A stretch of DNA of 64,000 bases from assembly GCA_903894565.1 (NCBI GenBank), contig CAITQP010000007.1:28213-92212 (forward strand). The letters are read 5' to 3'. A program made the position numbers and the translations under genes. Of this stretch, positions 47,985-57,770 are shown in pieces (position 1 is the first letter of the stretch; each line of letters begins with the position of its first letter). The notes beneath the pieces were generated by a model. That model made no database searches. It was not told the DNA's origin and was given only the letters and a program-made list of their open reading frames with translations. The DNA comes from an uncultured bacterium. GTDB taxonomy: Bacteria > Patescibacteriota > Minisyncoccia > Phycocordibacterales > UBA9973.

Positions 47985-48700
47985 GAAGTACCAACAAGAT
48001 CACACGCGGGTCCGTTGTGTACACTAATTTCGCCCAAACCAGTAATCACTATCGTTCCAGCAAGCGCAGTATTCACGGCTGAACGAAGTTCGATGTATCC
48101 TGTTCCAGCAGGAGTACAGGTTCCTCCGCCTACACACATTTCGATTGTTGCATCCGGAAAAGGTCGAACAAACGTAATGTTCGCAGACATTGCACCAGCA
48201 CTACAGCCTTGTGTTCCATCAAGAGCAACCCAACACACTTTGCTTACGTATTCACCACTTGTTATGGATGTTGTGGCGATACATTCATTTCCTACGGTTG
48301 GAGTACTTGGACAACCAGTTGTTGGATCGTAGACGCCATTTCCACGAGTAGTTCCAAGAAGTGGGATATCAGTAAAATAAGTAAACTGATGTGTCAGCGG
48401 GTCCGCAGTTGGATCAGATGCAGATGTCTGAAAAAACATTCCATACGATGGTGGATTGTTCGTATCAGTAAAATTTGGATTCAGAGTTCCTGAGATTGCT
48501 GATTTTTGTGCCTGCACAATGTGCAGAGCAACATCTTGAATGAGGTTATCAAATGCAGTTTTTGCACCAAAATCTTTGAATCGAAAAAGAACAATCGATG
48601 CCATAACTGCGAAAATAGTAATCACGAAAGAAACTTCAAGCAACGTGAATCCTTTTTCTTCTTTCCATTTTGACTGTGTATGCGTAAAAAGTGAAATCAT
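47978..48700 (-). CDS. type IV pilus minor pilin / pseudopilin (GspH/FimT-like)
   Basis: EKGFTLLEVSFVITIFAVMA prepilin motif. Confidence 0.6.
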   Translation of the reverse strand: MISLFTHTQSKWKEEKGFTLLEVSFVITIFAVMASIVLFRFKDFGAKTAFDNLIQDVALHIVQAQKSAISGTLNPNFTDTNNPPSYGMFFQTSASDPTADPLTHQFTYFTDIPLLGTTRGNGVYDPTTGCPSTPTVGNECIATTSITSGEYVSKVCWVALDGTQGCSAGAMSANITFVRPFPDATIEMCVGGGTCTPAGTGYIELRSAVNTALAGTIVITGLGEISVHNGPACDLVGTSC

Positions 48701-48703
48701 TTT

Positions 48704-49525
48704 TTAACGTGCAAAAAATTGCGTTATGCTTTCAATATTTACCGAAAAAAGAAATACGAGCAACGTGCCAAATGCAAGAAACGGGCCAAACGGAATCGCT
48801 GTTTTGAGAGATACGGCTTTCTGCTTCGCAAACAAGGCAAGTCCAAGAATACCAAGAATACTTACACCGGCACCAATCCAGAACGAAAGGAGAATTGCAG
48901 CAGTCCCCGCCGACAACCCAAGCATAAACCCAATTCCAATCATGAGTTTTGCGTCACCGAGTCCCATCCATTTTCCTTTTGAAACAAGCCACAAAAGTGA
49001 AAATGGTGCAGGCAAAAGCAAACCAGCAACACAATCCCACCCACTTGGAATATGAAGGATGAGAGCATCGCCTTTGAAGAGAAACATTCCGATCAAGGCG
49101 ACCGAAGCAAAGAGCATCGTCATGCCGTCAGGTAAAATCTTATGTTTCAAATCGTACACCGACATGACTAATAACAAACAAAAAATAAAACCATAATATC
49201 CAAAGAGTACTGCGAATAATAACGGGATTTGAGTTAGGAGGTACGCGAATCGAATATAGAGAGCGACAAACAAAAATCCAGTAACCGCCTCGATTATTGG
49301 ATACTGCCATGAGATGTGAGTTCCGCATCCTGCGCACTTCCCTTTTTGGGTAACAAAACTACCGATTGGCACAAGCTCAAACCAAGTGAGTGTTTTGCCA
49401 CACGAAAAACACATCGATCTACCTTGAAGCGTACGTCCGCTTCGGTATCGCAAGATAACAACGTTTAAAAAACTTCCAATAATAGTACCGAACAAGAAAA
49501 ATATAATCATGAGTGCCGTGTTCAT
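48704..49525 (-). CDS. pilD: prepilin peptidase (A24 family)
   Basis: N-terminal Cys tetrad (CFSCGKTL...CAGCGTHI) and a multi-transmembrane peptidase A24 domain. Confidence 0.8.
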   Translation of the reverse strand: MNTALMIIFFLFGTIIGSFLNVVILRYRSGRTLQGRSMCFSCGKTLTWFELVPIGSFVTQKGKCAGCGTHISWQYPIIEAVTGFLFVALYIRFAYLLTQIPLLFAVLFGYYGFIFCLLLVMSVYDLKHKILPDGMTMLFASVALIGMFLFKGDALILHIPSGWDCVAGLLLPAPFSLLWLVSKGKWMGLGDAKLMIGIGFMLGLSAGTAAILLSFWIGAGVSILGILGLALFAKQKAVSLKTAIPFGPFLAFGTLLVFLFSVNIESITQFFAR

Positions 49526-49580
49526 TTCTACTAGTAGTATACTACAGCTTATCCATAAAAATCATTGATATTCTGTGTAC

Positions 49581-49616
49581 AAAAAAGCTCGCGCCCATTG
49601 GGCGCGAGCTTTTTTA
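49581..49616 (-). terminator. rho-independent terminator downstream of pilA
   Basis: AGCTCGCGCCC-ATTG-GGCGCGAGCT hairpin flanked by A6 and T6 runs. Confidence 0.6.
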
Positions 49617-49628
49617 AGAACAAAACGA

Positions 49629-50105
49629 TTATGACTTGAGGCAAAGACCGTCAGTAACACTGAGTGTTGAAAGTGAAACACCTTCAGTGCCTGAAAGCAT
49701 CTGACCAGTACTGTCAGCACACCATTCAGCCATAGTTGTAGTATTTTCAGACTTAACTGCCCAAGCACTCGCGTTCCCCGATGAAGGAGTATTGGTATAA
49801 CATGTCGTTGTGTAACCAGATGGAATACCGTCGAGCAAACCTTTGAGTGTGTTTGTTCCAGTCGCAAACAATGAGCCCGCGCTACAATCAACCGTACCAC
49901 TCGTAAGTGTACCGTAATCACCTGAACCAGTATAAAAGAGCTCTGCCTGAGCACGCATTGAAGAAAGTTCAGCCTGAACCTTGGCATCGTTTGCCTTTAC
50001 ACGAGCACTACCAAGAGAGGTGAGGACGATTGTTGCGAGAATCCCGATGATGGCGATAACGACCAAAAGTTCGATAAGCGTAAAACCTGCTTGTTTATTT
50101 TTCAT
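49629..50105 (-). CDS. pilA: type IV major pilin
   Basis: Class III signal peptide MKNKQAGFTLIELLVVIAIIGILA. C-terminal Cys pair for a disulfide-bonded D-region. Confidence 0.8.
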   Translation of the reverse strand: MKNKQAGFTLIELLVVIAIIGILATIVLTSLGSARVKANDAKVQAELSSMRAQAELFYTGSGDYGTLTSGTVDCSAGSLFATGTNTLKGLLDGIPSGYTTTCYTNTPSSGNASAWAVKSENTTTMAEWCADSTGQMLSGTEGVSLSTLSVTDGLCLKS

Positions 50106-50207
50106 ACTTTAATATTGGCTAGTAATAATATTGCATTCCTGTAATACCTCCGATTATAGCACTTTTACTCCTCCCCCATGAGCAAAGCGGGTTGTGGAAA
50201 ACAAATA

Positions 50208-51413
50208 CTATTGAATACTTGAAGCAATGTTGTAAATTGGCACCAAGATCGAAGTAAGCAATACTCCAACTCCAAGTCCGAGCACCACGATCATAACAGG
50301 CTCGATCAGTCCGACAAGTGTATCAACAGCATCGTCAACTTCTCGCTTATAAAACTGAGCAAGAGTTTTGAGAATATTTGAAAGGTTTCCTGTTTCTTCC
50401 CCCACTCGCACCATTTGAATCATGATTTGCGGTACACGTTCCCCGTTTTTGGCAAGGGCATCAGAGAGAGAACTACCCGCTTTGACCGCCTCCCCTGCTT
50501 CTTCAAGAACACTCTGATATACACGACTTCCGACAACTTTACTCGTAATTTCAATTGTACGAACAATTGAAACACCAGACGTAAGCATCGTACTCATGTT
50601 GTCTGAAATACGCGAAAGGTAGAGCTTCGTATACAATCGTCCAAGTACAGGAAGAGAAAGGCTCATTGTTCCAAGGTATGTTTTGCCTCTTTCAGTTCGA
50701 GACAAACGCCAAATATACATCCCGGCGATCACGATAAAGATAAGTACGAACAATCCATAATTAACAAAAAACTGAGAAATCCCAATAACCACCTTCGTAT
50801 AGAGAGGGATCGCTTGCCCACTTGATTCGATGATTGCAGACAATTTTGGGATCACCAATATAAACATGAGCACCATCACGATGATAAATACTCCGATAAC
50901 GAAAGCTGGATAAATAAGCGCGTTTTTTGTTTTTGAGTTCAGCTCGTATTGACGATCCAAATATTCAGCCAAATAATCAAACACCTGGTTTAATTTTCCA
51001 GACTCTTCACCGGCTTTTACCATGTTCACATAAAAATCAGTAAAGATATCTGGATGTTTCGCGAGCGCCGCTGAAATAGCACTTCCCGCCTGAATATCAT
51101 CAGTGACCGCAGTCAGCTTTCGCTTCAAGAGTGGATTTTCAGCATTTGAAGCAAGAAGACTGAACGCCTTCAATGCAGAAACTTGCGCGTCGAACAAAGT
51201 CGAAACCTGTCGTGACAAAATCACGATATCGCGAGGTGGAATACGCTCAAAGATATCTCTCTTTAAAAAAGTTTTTTCTCCATCTTCATTCACGGAGACA
51301 ACAATAAACCCGCGTCGCTGCAATGCAGCAATGGCAAGATCCTTGTTTGGAGCATCAATTGCTCCCTCTTTTTTTTCACCCGTATCAGTGACAGCTTTGT
51401 AGGTAAAATTCAT
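50208..51413 (-). CDS. pilC: type IV pilus inner-membrane platform protein (GspF/PilC family)
   Basis: 401 aa with two GspF-type repeats, each with transmembrane segments. Confidence 0.85.
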   Translation of the reverse strand: MNFTYKAVTDTGEKKEGAIDAPNKDLAIAALQRRGFIVVSVNEDGEKTFLKRDIFERIPPRDIVILSRQVSTLFDAQVSALKAFSLLASNAENPLLKRKLTAVTDDIQAGSAISAALAKHPDIFTDFYVNMVKAGEESGKLNQVFDYLAEYLDRQYELNSKTKNALIYPAFVIGVFIIVMVLMFILVIPKLSAIIESSGQAIPLYTKVVIGISQFFVNYGLFVLIFIVIAGMYIWRLSRTERGKTYLGTMSLSLPVLGRLYTKLYLSRISDNMSTMLTSGVSIVRTIEITSKVVGSRVYQSVLEEAGEAVKAGSSLSDALAKNGERVPQIMIQMVRVGEETGNLSNILKTLAQFYKREVDDAVDTLVGLIEPVMIVVLGLGVGVLLTSILVPIYNIASSIQ

Positions 51414-51428
51414 ACTATGTTCAAAAAA

Positions 51429-52487
51429 TTAGAGAATACGTTCTAGCGCCTTCGGGTTCATAGAATACAAATACGCACTTTCCATCGTAATCTCACCTGA
51501 ACGAACAAGTTCGAGCAAACTTCGATTCATATCTACCATGCCGTGTTCAGTACCAGTTTCGATAACAACATCGATCTCATGAGTTCGCTTTTCACGAATA
51601 AGGTTTGCGACTGCGTTGTTGTTGATGAGCAATTCGTATGCTGGCACCAATCCTCCAGTAATTCGAGGAATTAAACGCTGAGAAAAAATACCGAGCAAGC
51701 TTTCAGCGAGCTGTGAGCGAATCTGATCTTGTTGATCTCCCGGAAAACTATCGATAATACGATCAATTGTTTGTGCTGCATTATTTGTATGGAGTGTGGA
51801 AAGGACGAGGTGTCCTGTCTCAGCGGCAGTAACAGCAGTAGAGATCGTCTCAGGAGAACGCATCTCGCCAATCATAATGACGTTTACATCTTCGCGGAAA
51901 ATAGAACGGAGTCCTGTTGGAAAATCCTTTGTATCAATACCAACTTCACGTTGATCTATGATTGAATGCTTTTCTTCGAACACATACTCGATTGGATCTT
52001 CGATTGTAAGAATGTGCTCTGCTCGTTCACTATTGATGAAATCAACCATCGCAGAAAGAGTCGTGCTCTTCCCTTGCCCCACAGGGCCCACTACCAAGAA
52101 AAATCCTTGCTTCTTGCGAGCGAATTCTTTGAGAGATTCTGGGAGTTTTAATTCTGGAAGCGTGCGCACTTGTGGAATAAGTCGGAGTGCAATCGAAACA
52201 GAACTCTTGTGGTAGAACGCATTGCCACGAAGACGAGCTTGGCCTTTGTGGTCATAAGAAAAATCAACTTCTTGAGTCGCAAGAAAACGTTCGTACTTTG
52301 TTTTGTCGAGAATCGCCCCAAGAATACCAAGCATGTTTTCCTGAGTGAGCGCAGGCTGGTTTACGAGCTGGATGAGCTGAGTAGAAACACGAATCGAAGG
52401 GAGACGACCAGCTGAAATGTGGAGGTCCGAACCTCCTTCTTTGATAACAGTATCAACAAGTGATTCAATCAGTGCTCGTGGATCCAT
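51429..52487 (-). CDS. pilT: twitching-motility retraction ATPase PilT
   Basis: 352 aa. Walker A GPVGQGKST, Asp box, Walker B and His box (HLVLSTLHT), all typical of PilT. Confidence 0.85.
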   Translation of the reverse strand: MDPRALIESLVDTVIKEGGSDLHISAGRLPSIRVSTQLIQLVNQPALTQENMLGILGAILDKTKYERFLATQEVDFSYDHKGQARLRGNAFYHKSSVSIALRLIPQVRTLPELKLPESLKEFARKKQGFFLVVGPVGQGKSTTLSAMVDFINSERAEHILTIEDPIEYVFEEKHSIIDQREVGIDTKDFPTGLRSIFREDVNVIMIGEMRSPETISTAVTAAETGHLVLSTLHTNNAAQTIDRIIDSFPGDQQDQIRSQLAESLLGIFSQRLIPRITGGLVPAYELLINNNAVANLIREKRTHEIDVVIETGTEHGMVDMNRSLLELVRSGEITMESAYLYSMNPKALERIL

Positions 52488-52492
52488 AGTAA

Positions 52493-52885
52493 TTATTTTT
52501 TCTCAACTTTTGAAATAATGTCGGCAACCTGTGTGATCACTTCGGCTGGAGTCGTCGAAGCTTTCACGATATATCCTGCAGCGCCGAGTTCTTTGCCACG
52601 TGCAATATCTGCTTCTTGACCACGGTTAGAGAGGACGATACGAATCGCACCAAGCGCAAGCTTCTCTGCGCGCATCTTTTCGAGAAATTCAAATCCATCC
52701 ACAACAGGCATGACGATGTCGAGCAAGATGATCTCAGGATCGTACGTTCCGCCACGGAGTTTTTCAAGTGCGGGAAGGGCTCCAAGTGCTGTCGTCACAT
52801 CATATCCCGATTGCGAGAATTTGAGTGCGTACATATCGAGGAGAAAGCTGTCGTCATCTACGATGAATATCTTTTTATTTTGCAT
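52493..52885 (-). CDS. single-domain response regulator (CheY/PilH-like receiver)
   Basis: Receiver-domain residues: DD in IFIVDDDSF, phospho-acceptor Asp in ILLDIVMP, T/K positions. Confidence 0.75.
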   Translation of the reverse strand: MQNKKIFIVDDDSFLLDMYALKFSQSGYDVTTALGALPALEKLRGGTYDPEIILLDIVMPVVDGFEFLEKMRAEKLALGAIRIVLSNRGQEADIARGKELGAAGYIVKASTTPAEVITQVADIISKVEKK

Positions 52886-52949
52886 ACTATTATTAGGTGT
52901 CAGAGACTATTATAGTATAGCACAACCGCCTTGCATAGAGTGGAAAGCT

Positions 52950-54722
52950 TTATACATTATAAATCTCTTGGAATGGAATCTTACCTTCGATACACTTAAG
53001 AATAGCGTCCTCACGCATAGTGAGGTACCCCTTCTCTCGAACCAATTTATAGATATCCGTCTCAACTGGCTTCTTCAATATAAGTGCTTGTAAATCCTTG
53101 TCGTTTTGGTACATCTCAAAGACAGCCAAGCGTCCACGCGTGCCTCCTGGACATTCGGCGGAAGGTATCGCATCGGTAAACATCCCGTTTGGAAGCTTTG
53201 CTTTAAATTCATCAGGCAAATCAGAAAACTGTTTGGTTGCCATTTCTTTAAGACTGTCTTGATTGTCTGCTTGGTGACGACTTGAGACACAGGTCATACG
53301 AACAAGACGTTGCGCGATCGCGAGAGTCAACGTTGGTGCAATCAAATAGGGATCAATACCCATATCAATCAATCGAGGTACGATACCAATCGCGTTATTG
53401 GTGTGTAATGTTGAGAGCACAATGTGTCCAGTCAACGCCGCTTGAATAGCGAGCTGTGCTGTCTCCGCGTCACGAATTTCTCCCACCATGATCACGTCTG
53501 GGTCCTGACGAAGAATCGAACGAAGTCCTGAGGCAAACGTATACCCAATTTCAGGCATGACCTGCGATTGATTCACATCAGGAATATGATATTCAACCGG
53601 ATCTTCAAGCGACACAATATTGTATTTTTCCTTATCAAGCTCGTTGAGAATCGAATAAATAGTCGTAGATTTTCCAGACCCAGTCGGACCAGTCACCAAA
53701 ATCAACCCGTATGGTCGAGCAAGCGCCTCTCGAATCATCGCCATATGCTCCACTGAAAGACCGATGGTATCAAGCGCCTTTACCCCTTTGTCGGTATCAA
53801 GAATACGAAGTACGACTTTTTCTCCATAATAGGAAGGAAGTGTCGAGACACGAAAATCAATCTTGCGCGCGCTGATTGTCGCAGAAAATCCCCCATCTTG
53901 TGGTTTACGCTTTTCATCGAGACGAAGCTTTGACAAGATTTTGATACGAGCAACGACGCCCGCGTACACAGTCATAGGAAGTACGAGTGATGTGTGCAAA
54001 ATACCATCAACACGAAAACGAACTTTTACTTTTTCACCAGTATTCTCGATATGAATGTCAGAAGCATTGCCCTCAACAGCATTATTAAGAATCACGGCAA
54101 CAATTTTAATAATTGGTGCTTCCTCAACAATCTTTTCTTCTTCACCTGGCTTGAGTTTTTCTTGTGCAGTTCGGGGGTCATCAATTGTAATATCAGTATT
54201 TTGCCCCGACTCATTGCCGTAATCAGTCAGCGCCTTATCAACCTGGCCACTCATCCCACTATAGTTTTGCAAAATGGCTTTAAATACTCGTTCAGAAATA
54301 ACAAAAAGCTTAAACGGCATTCCTCCGTGTCCATCCGTAATAAACTGGAGCGCGTCACCAGCCTGGGTTTCTTCGGGGTTTGTGATACCGACAAGCAACG
54401 CTCCTGCTTCGATACCAAGTGGCACAAAGTGATAATGCTGTGCGGCATCTTCAGGAATATATTTGAGGATATCTCCTCGTACTGTCTTTGGATCTACTGG
54501 GCGAGCTGGCAAATTGTAGTATGAACTTTTTTCTGCAAGGAGTGTATTTTCTGGAACACCATGAGCGATAATTGATTCCTCGAGATTGCCTCCATATTTC
54601 TCACTTGCGACACGTAAAATATCCCCTACTTGATCTTGGGCGACAAGTCCTCGTTGTACTAATTCCTCAATGAATGTCATGTATGTTTGATTCGTACGCG
54701 TTACTTCAAAGCCGTCTTCCAA
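52950..54722 (-). CDS. pilB: type IV pilus assembly ATPase PilB (GspE family)
   Basis: N-terminal GSPII_E_N domain. Walker A GPTGSGKST and His box LSTLHTNNA. 590 aa. Confidence 0.85.
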   Translation of the reverse strand: MEDGFEVTRTNQTYMTFIEELVQRGLVAQDQVGDILRVASEKYGGNLEESIIAHGVPENTLLAEKSSYYNLPARPVDPKTVRGDILKYIPEDAAQHYHFVPLGIEAGALLVGITNPEETQAGDALQFITDGHGGMPFKLFVISERVFKAILQNYSGMSGQVDKALTDYGNESGQNTDITIDDPRTAQEKLKPGEEEKIVEEAPIIKIVAVILNNAVEGNASDIHIENTGEKVKVRFRVDGILHTSLVLPMTVYAGVVARIKILSKLRLDEKRKPQDGGFSATISARKIDFRVSTLPSYYGEKVVLRILDTDKGVKALDTIGLSVEHMAMIREALARPYGLILVTGPTGSGKSTTIYSILNELDKEKYNIVSLEDPVEYHIPDVNQSQVMPEIGYTFASGLRSILRQDPDVIMVGEIRDAETAQLAIQAALTGHIVLSTLHTNNAIGIVPRLIDMGIDPYLIAPTLTLAIAQRLVRMTCVSSRHQADNQDSLKEMATKQFSDLPDEFKAKLPNGMFTDAIPSAECPGGTRGRLAVFEMYQNDKDLQALILKKPVETDIYKLVREKGYLTMREDAILKCIEGKIPFQEIYNV

Positions 54723-55363
54723 GTCAGTACGTTCCCAAGCACTGTTGCACCTCCAATCAATGCATCTGCTCGAACATAATATGTTGTGTTCGGAAGCAAT
54801 TTTGAAACTACTTCTGTAAATGCTCCCTGAGTAGCCTGAGGCTTCGGCGTAGTCATTGAGCCAAGTGAACTTGTTGTTCCAAACTCAAACCATCGTGTCG
54901 TTGTTGCGTCTCCTGCGAGAAGAGTTCCGTTCAACGTCGCCGAGGTGCCTGTCACTGAAGAGGGGCTACTTGTCGAGACTTGTACTGTCGCGGCAATACC
55001 GTCTGAGCCAATTGGAGCAAATGGATTCGTGCGTCCAGGATTCTGGTCGGCAGGAATAGGGCGATTAAAATCTTGGAGAACGGTGAACTCTTTGCTTGTA
55101 AAGAGTGAGTCGTCAAGCGAAATTGATTCGATCGAAAGTAATGTATTCAGAAAATCTGTTCCGATTGTTCCTGCATCAGCTGTTGAAGAAGGATTAACCG
55201 CTGCGATTTGTGGACTTGCTGAAGTACCCGCTCCAACTCCAGCAGTTGTCTTTAAGCCGCTTGTAGGCGTGCTTGTTGTACTACTGAAAAACATCTTGTA
55301 GCCCACGACAGCTAACCCGAGTACAACCGCAATAATGATGATGTTACGAATAATAGATTTCAT
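54701..55363 (-). CDS. hypothetical membrane-anchored pilus-locus protein (possible PilP-like)
   Basis: N-terminal transmembrane helix, a Ser/Thr-rich linker, and a C-terminal beta-rich domain. Located between pilO and pilB. Confidence 0.4.
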   Translation of the reverse strand: MKSIIRNIIIIAVVLGLAVVGYKMFFSSTTSTPTSGLKTTAGVGAGTSASPQIAAVNPSSTADAGTIGTDFLNTLLSIESISLDDSLFTSKEFTVLQDFNRPIPADQNPGRTNPFAPIGSDGIAATVQVSTSSPSSVTGTSATLNGTLLAGDATTTRWFEFGTTSSLGSMTTPKPQATQGAFTEVVSKLLPNTTYYVRADALIGGATVLGNVLTWKTALK

Positions 55364-55367
55364 AGTG

Positions 55368-55943
55368 TTATCCTTTGAGCCAATAGGTGCGCAATTTTAC
55401 GGTGTATATTGTTGTACCCTTCAATGGATCTGCTGCGGTGAAGTCGATGGATTGAATGTCAGTGAGACGAAGACTCGACTCAACATCCTTCAAGAAACTT
55501 TGGAAATTGGCATAAGTAGCAGTCGTCGTAAACTGAAGGTTGAAAATACCATAATCCTTCGATGCCTGAGTCGCATCGAGTGTCGTCACCGCAGCAAGCT
55601 GACCGGGTGTAGCTGAAGCTCCGTTTGCTGAATCAAATTTGATTGAGTTGAGTGACATACCATAACTCTGTGCCATCTGTTGGATATCAATGATGAGACG
55701 AATGTTATCAGCATTGTCAGGGAGTAACTTTGAAAGTCTTGCGAGTGAGTCTTCAGAAAGAGCACGATACTTTTGGTTGAGCGCATCTCGTTCCTCGGTA
55801 AGTTTGCGAGCATTTGTAAGCGCAGTATCATATTTGGTTGCGAGTGCGCGTTGTGCAGAAAGTGACTGGTACGCAGGATTTGTGTACTCGAAGAATAATC
55901 CGAGAGACAATGCGAGCAAAATAATTGGAAGAATAAATCTCAT
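55368..55943 (-). CDS. pilO: type IV pilus assembly protein PilO-like
   Basis: N-terminal transmembrane helix plus a coiled-coil, with size and position (after pilN) matching PilO. Confidence 0.5.
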   Translation of the reverse strand: MRFILPIILLALSLGLFFEYTNPAYQSLSAQRALATKYDTALTNARKLTEERDALNQKYRALSEDSLARLSKLLPDNADNIRLIIDIQQMAQSYGMSLNSIKFDSANGASATPGQLAAVTTLDATQASKDYGIFNLQFTTTATYANFQSFLKDVESSLRLTDIQSIDFTAADPLKGTTIYTVKLRTYWLKG

Positions 55944-55948
55944 ATAAT

Positions 55949-56674
55949 TTATTGTGTTGGAGAAACAGGCGGTACCGAAGATCCTGATGCAGGAATGCCG
56001 GTTGTTACAGGAGTAGTCTGGACGGCTGTTTGCTGCGTCATGTCTATAGTACCACTTGATTGCTGTGCAGAAAAATCATCCAAGTGATTCTTGAAACGAA
56101 CAAGGTCAGCATCAACAGTAAACTCAAGGTCGAACGACACTGTCCCCGTCTGAGCATCAAGTGCGAGATTTGAAAAGAGTGAATTGTGAATATTGCTGTT
56201 CTTCGCAAGTTGATCTGATTGAAGCGCGATCGAACTATAGTCGCGAGCTTTACCACTCATATGAATAGTAATCGGAGCTGAAGGATCGACAGGAGTCGTA
56301 TATGAAAATTTTGTAAACTGAATACTCTTAAGTGTATTGATTTGAAGCGCATCAAATACAGGAGAAACCATGATGTGATTTCCGAGTAGCGATTTTGCAT
56401 CGGTGATACGACGGTCAAGCTTTTCGAGTGTTTTAATCAGTGTAGGCTGAAATGAATTTCGCGCAGCGGTAATTTGAGCACTCTTGTCAGCATTCGTCTT
56501 CAGAAGATTCGCTTGATAGAAATAAATTGCTCCGGCAGACGCAAGTGAACCAAAGAAAATCAGCGTTGCAAAAAATGAAAAGATCGAAGTATGACGCGGA
56601 GCAACAACCCGCTCTTCAGCAAGTGGCTTCTTCGGAATGAAAGATGTTTGAAAGCTAGCGTTTGTGTTATCCAT
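55949..56674 (-). CDS. pilN: type IV pilus assembly protein PilN-like
   Basis: Single transmembrane helix (IFSFFATLIFFGSLASAGAIYFY) followed by a periplasmic-type domain, positioned between the prsW-like gene and pilO. Confidence 0.45.
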   Translation of the reverse strand: MDNTNASFQTSFIPKKPLAEERVVAPRHTSIFSFFATLIFFGSLASAGAIYFYQANLLKTNADKSAQITAARNSFQPTLIKTLEKLDRRITDAKSLLGNHIMVSPVFDALQINTLKSIQFTKFSYTTPVDPSAPITIHMSGKARDYSSIALQSDQLAKNSNIHNSLFSNLALDAQTGTVSFDLEFTVDADLVRFKNHLDDFSAQQSSGTIDMTQQTAVQTTPVTTGIPASGSSVPPVSPTQ

Positions 56675-56744
56675 ACAAGCTATGCACTCTCTCTATTGTA
56701 GTACAACGAACGCAAGGTGTATAGAGCAAAAGGCTGTGGATGTC

Positions 56745-57770
56745 CTATTTTTTCAAAACTGAAAAAATTCCCGTAATCGCGCGAGGTGGAGCGGTGTCTG
56801 GAATCAATGTTTGTGTTGCTCGACGTGCGTCCTCTTTCTTTGCGCCTTGATTCATAAGATACATACTATATGCCTCTCTCAATGCGGTTAACAGTTGAGT
56901 GAGTTCAGCATGCAAGGGTCCATCGGGAGCAACTCCTTTTTTTGTAAGACCTGCAAGTATCGCCTCGGTATCATTTTCGTGCATTTCTGTATTTTGAAGC
57001 AAGTCAGTAAATGAATGCTCGAGTGCAGCAATCGCCTCATTCTTTCGTCGCTGGAGATTCTCTGCACTGCCATTCGCACGTAGTCGCTCAAACGAGATCA
57101 TGATAATGATCGTCGCAAGCCAAACGCAAGCGAGAATAGTGAAAAATGTCACATCCGGTTTTTCGGTAATAAAAAGATTAAACAAGCTATGCCCCGCGAT
57201 CGCAAGCGAAAGTCCAAAAATTGCGAAAATTATTTTGGTCGTACGCTTCTTAAAAAAGGCAAACCCGAGCGCGATACCAGGCAAACAACTAACAACTGCA
57301 TGCATTAATGTTGTTCCAAGAAAACGCATTGAGCCAGCGAGAATAAGTATATTCGTTGTTCCTGTTTGTAACGGCTGCAAAAAATACAAAGAATTTTCAA
57401 ACCCAGAAAACCCGAGCGCAACAATCATCATGTACACTGGGTAATCAATCGGTGATTCAACTGCAGACGACATAAACAGGACAAGTAAAAATGCAATAAA
57501 CTTGAGCACCTCCTCACTCCCCGCCCAGAGTACCGTTAATGTATTTGGATTATTTGAAAACACGAGCATGAATTTCTCGACAGGAAGCGCCATCACTACC
57601 ATAAAAACACCGCCGAGAAATGCGAAGAAAAAAGAACTAAACGAACGTGGTCGCTCACGTGTTTCGCGGATCCAGAAAAAAATCCAAATAAGTGCGGGAA
57701 TCACACCGGCGATCAACGCAAGTGAAAGTGTATTTGGATCCTGTGCGAATGAAAGGTCTATATTTTGCAT
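56745..57770 (-). CDS. PrsW-family intramembrane metalloprotease
   Basis: PrsW signature motifs EExxK (GSEEVLKF), FxxxENxxY (GFSGFENSLY) and HxxxN (HSLFN) across multiple transmembrane helices. Confidence 0.65.
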   Translation of the reverse strand: MQNIDLSFAQDPNTLSLALIAGVIPALIWIFFWIRETRERPRSFSSFFFAFLGGVFMVVMALPVEKFMLVFSNNPNTLTVLWAGSEEVLKFIAFLLVLFMSSAVESPIDYPVYMMIVALGFSGFENSLYFLQPLQTGTTNILILAGSMRFLGTTLMHAVVSCLPGIALGFAFFKKRTTKIIFAIFGLSLAIAGHSLFNLFITEKPDVTFFTILACVWLATIIIMISFERLRANGSAENLQRRKNEAIAALEHSFTDLLQNTEMHENDTEAILAGLTKKGVAPDGPLHAELTQLLTALREAYSMYLMNQGAKKEDARRATQTLIPDTAPPRAITGIFSVLKK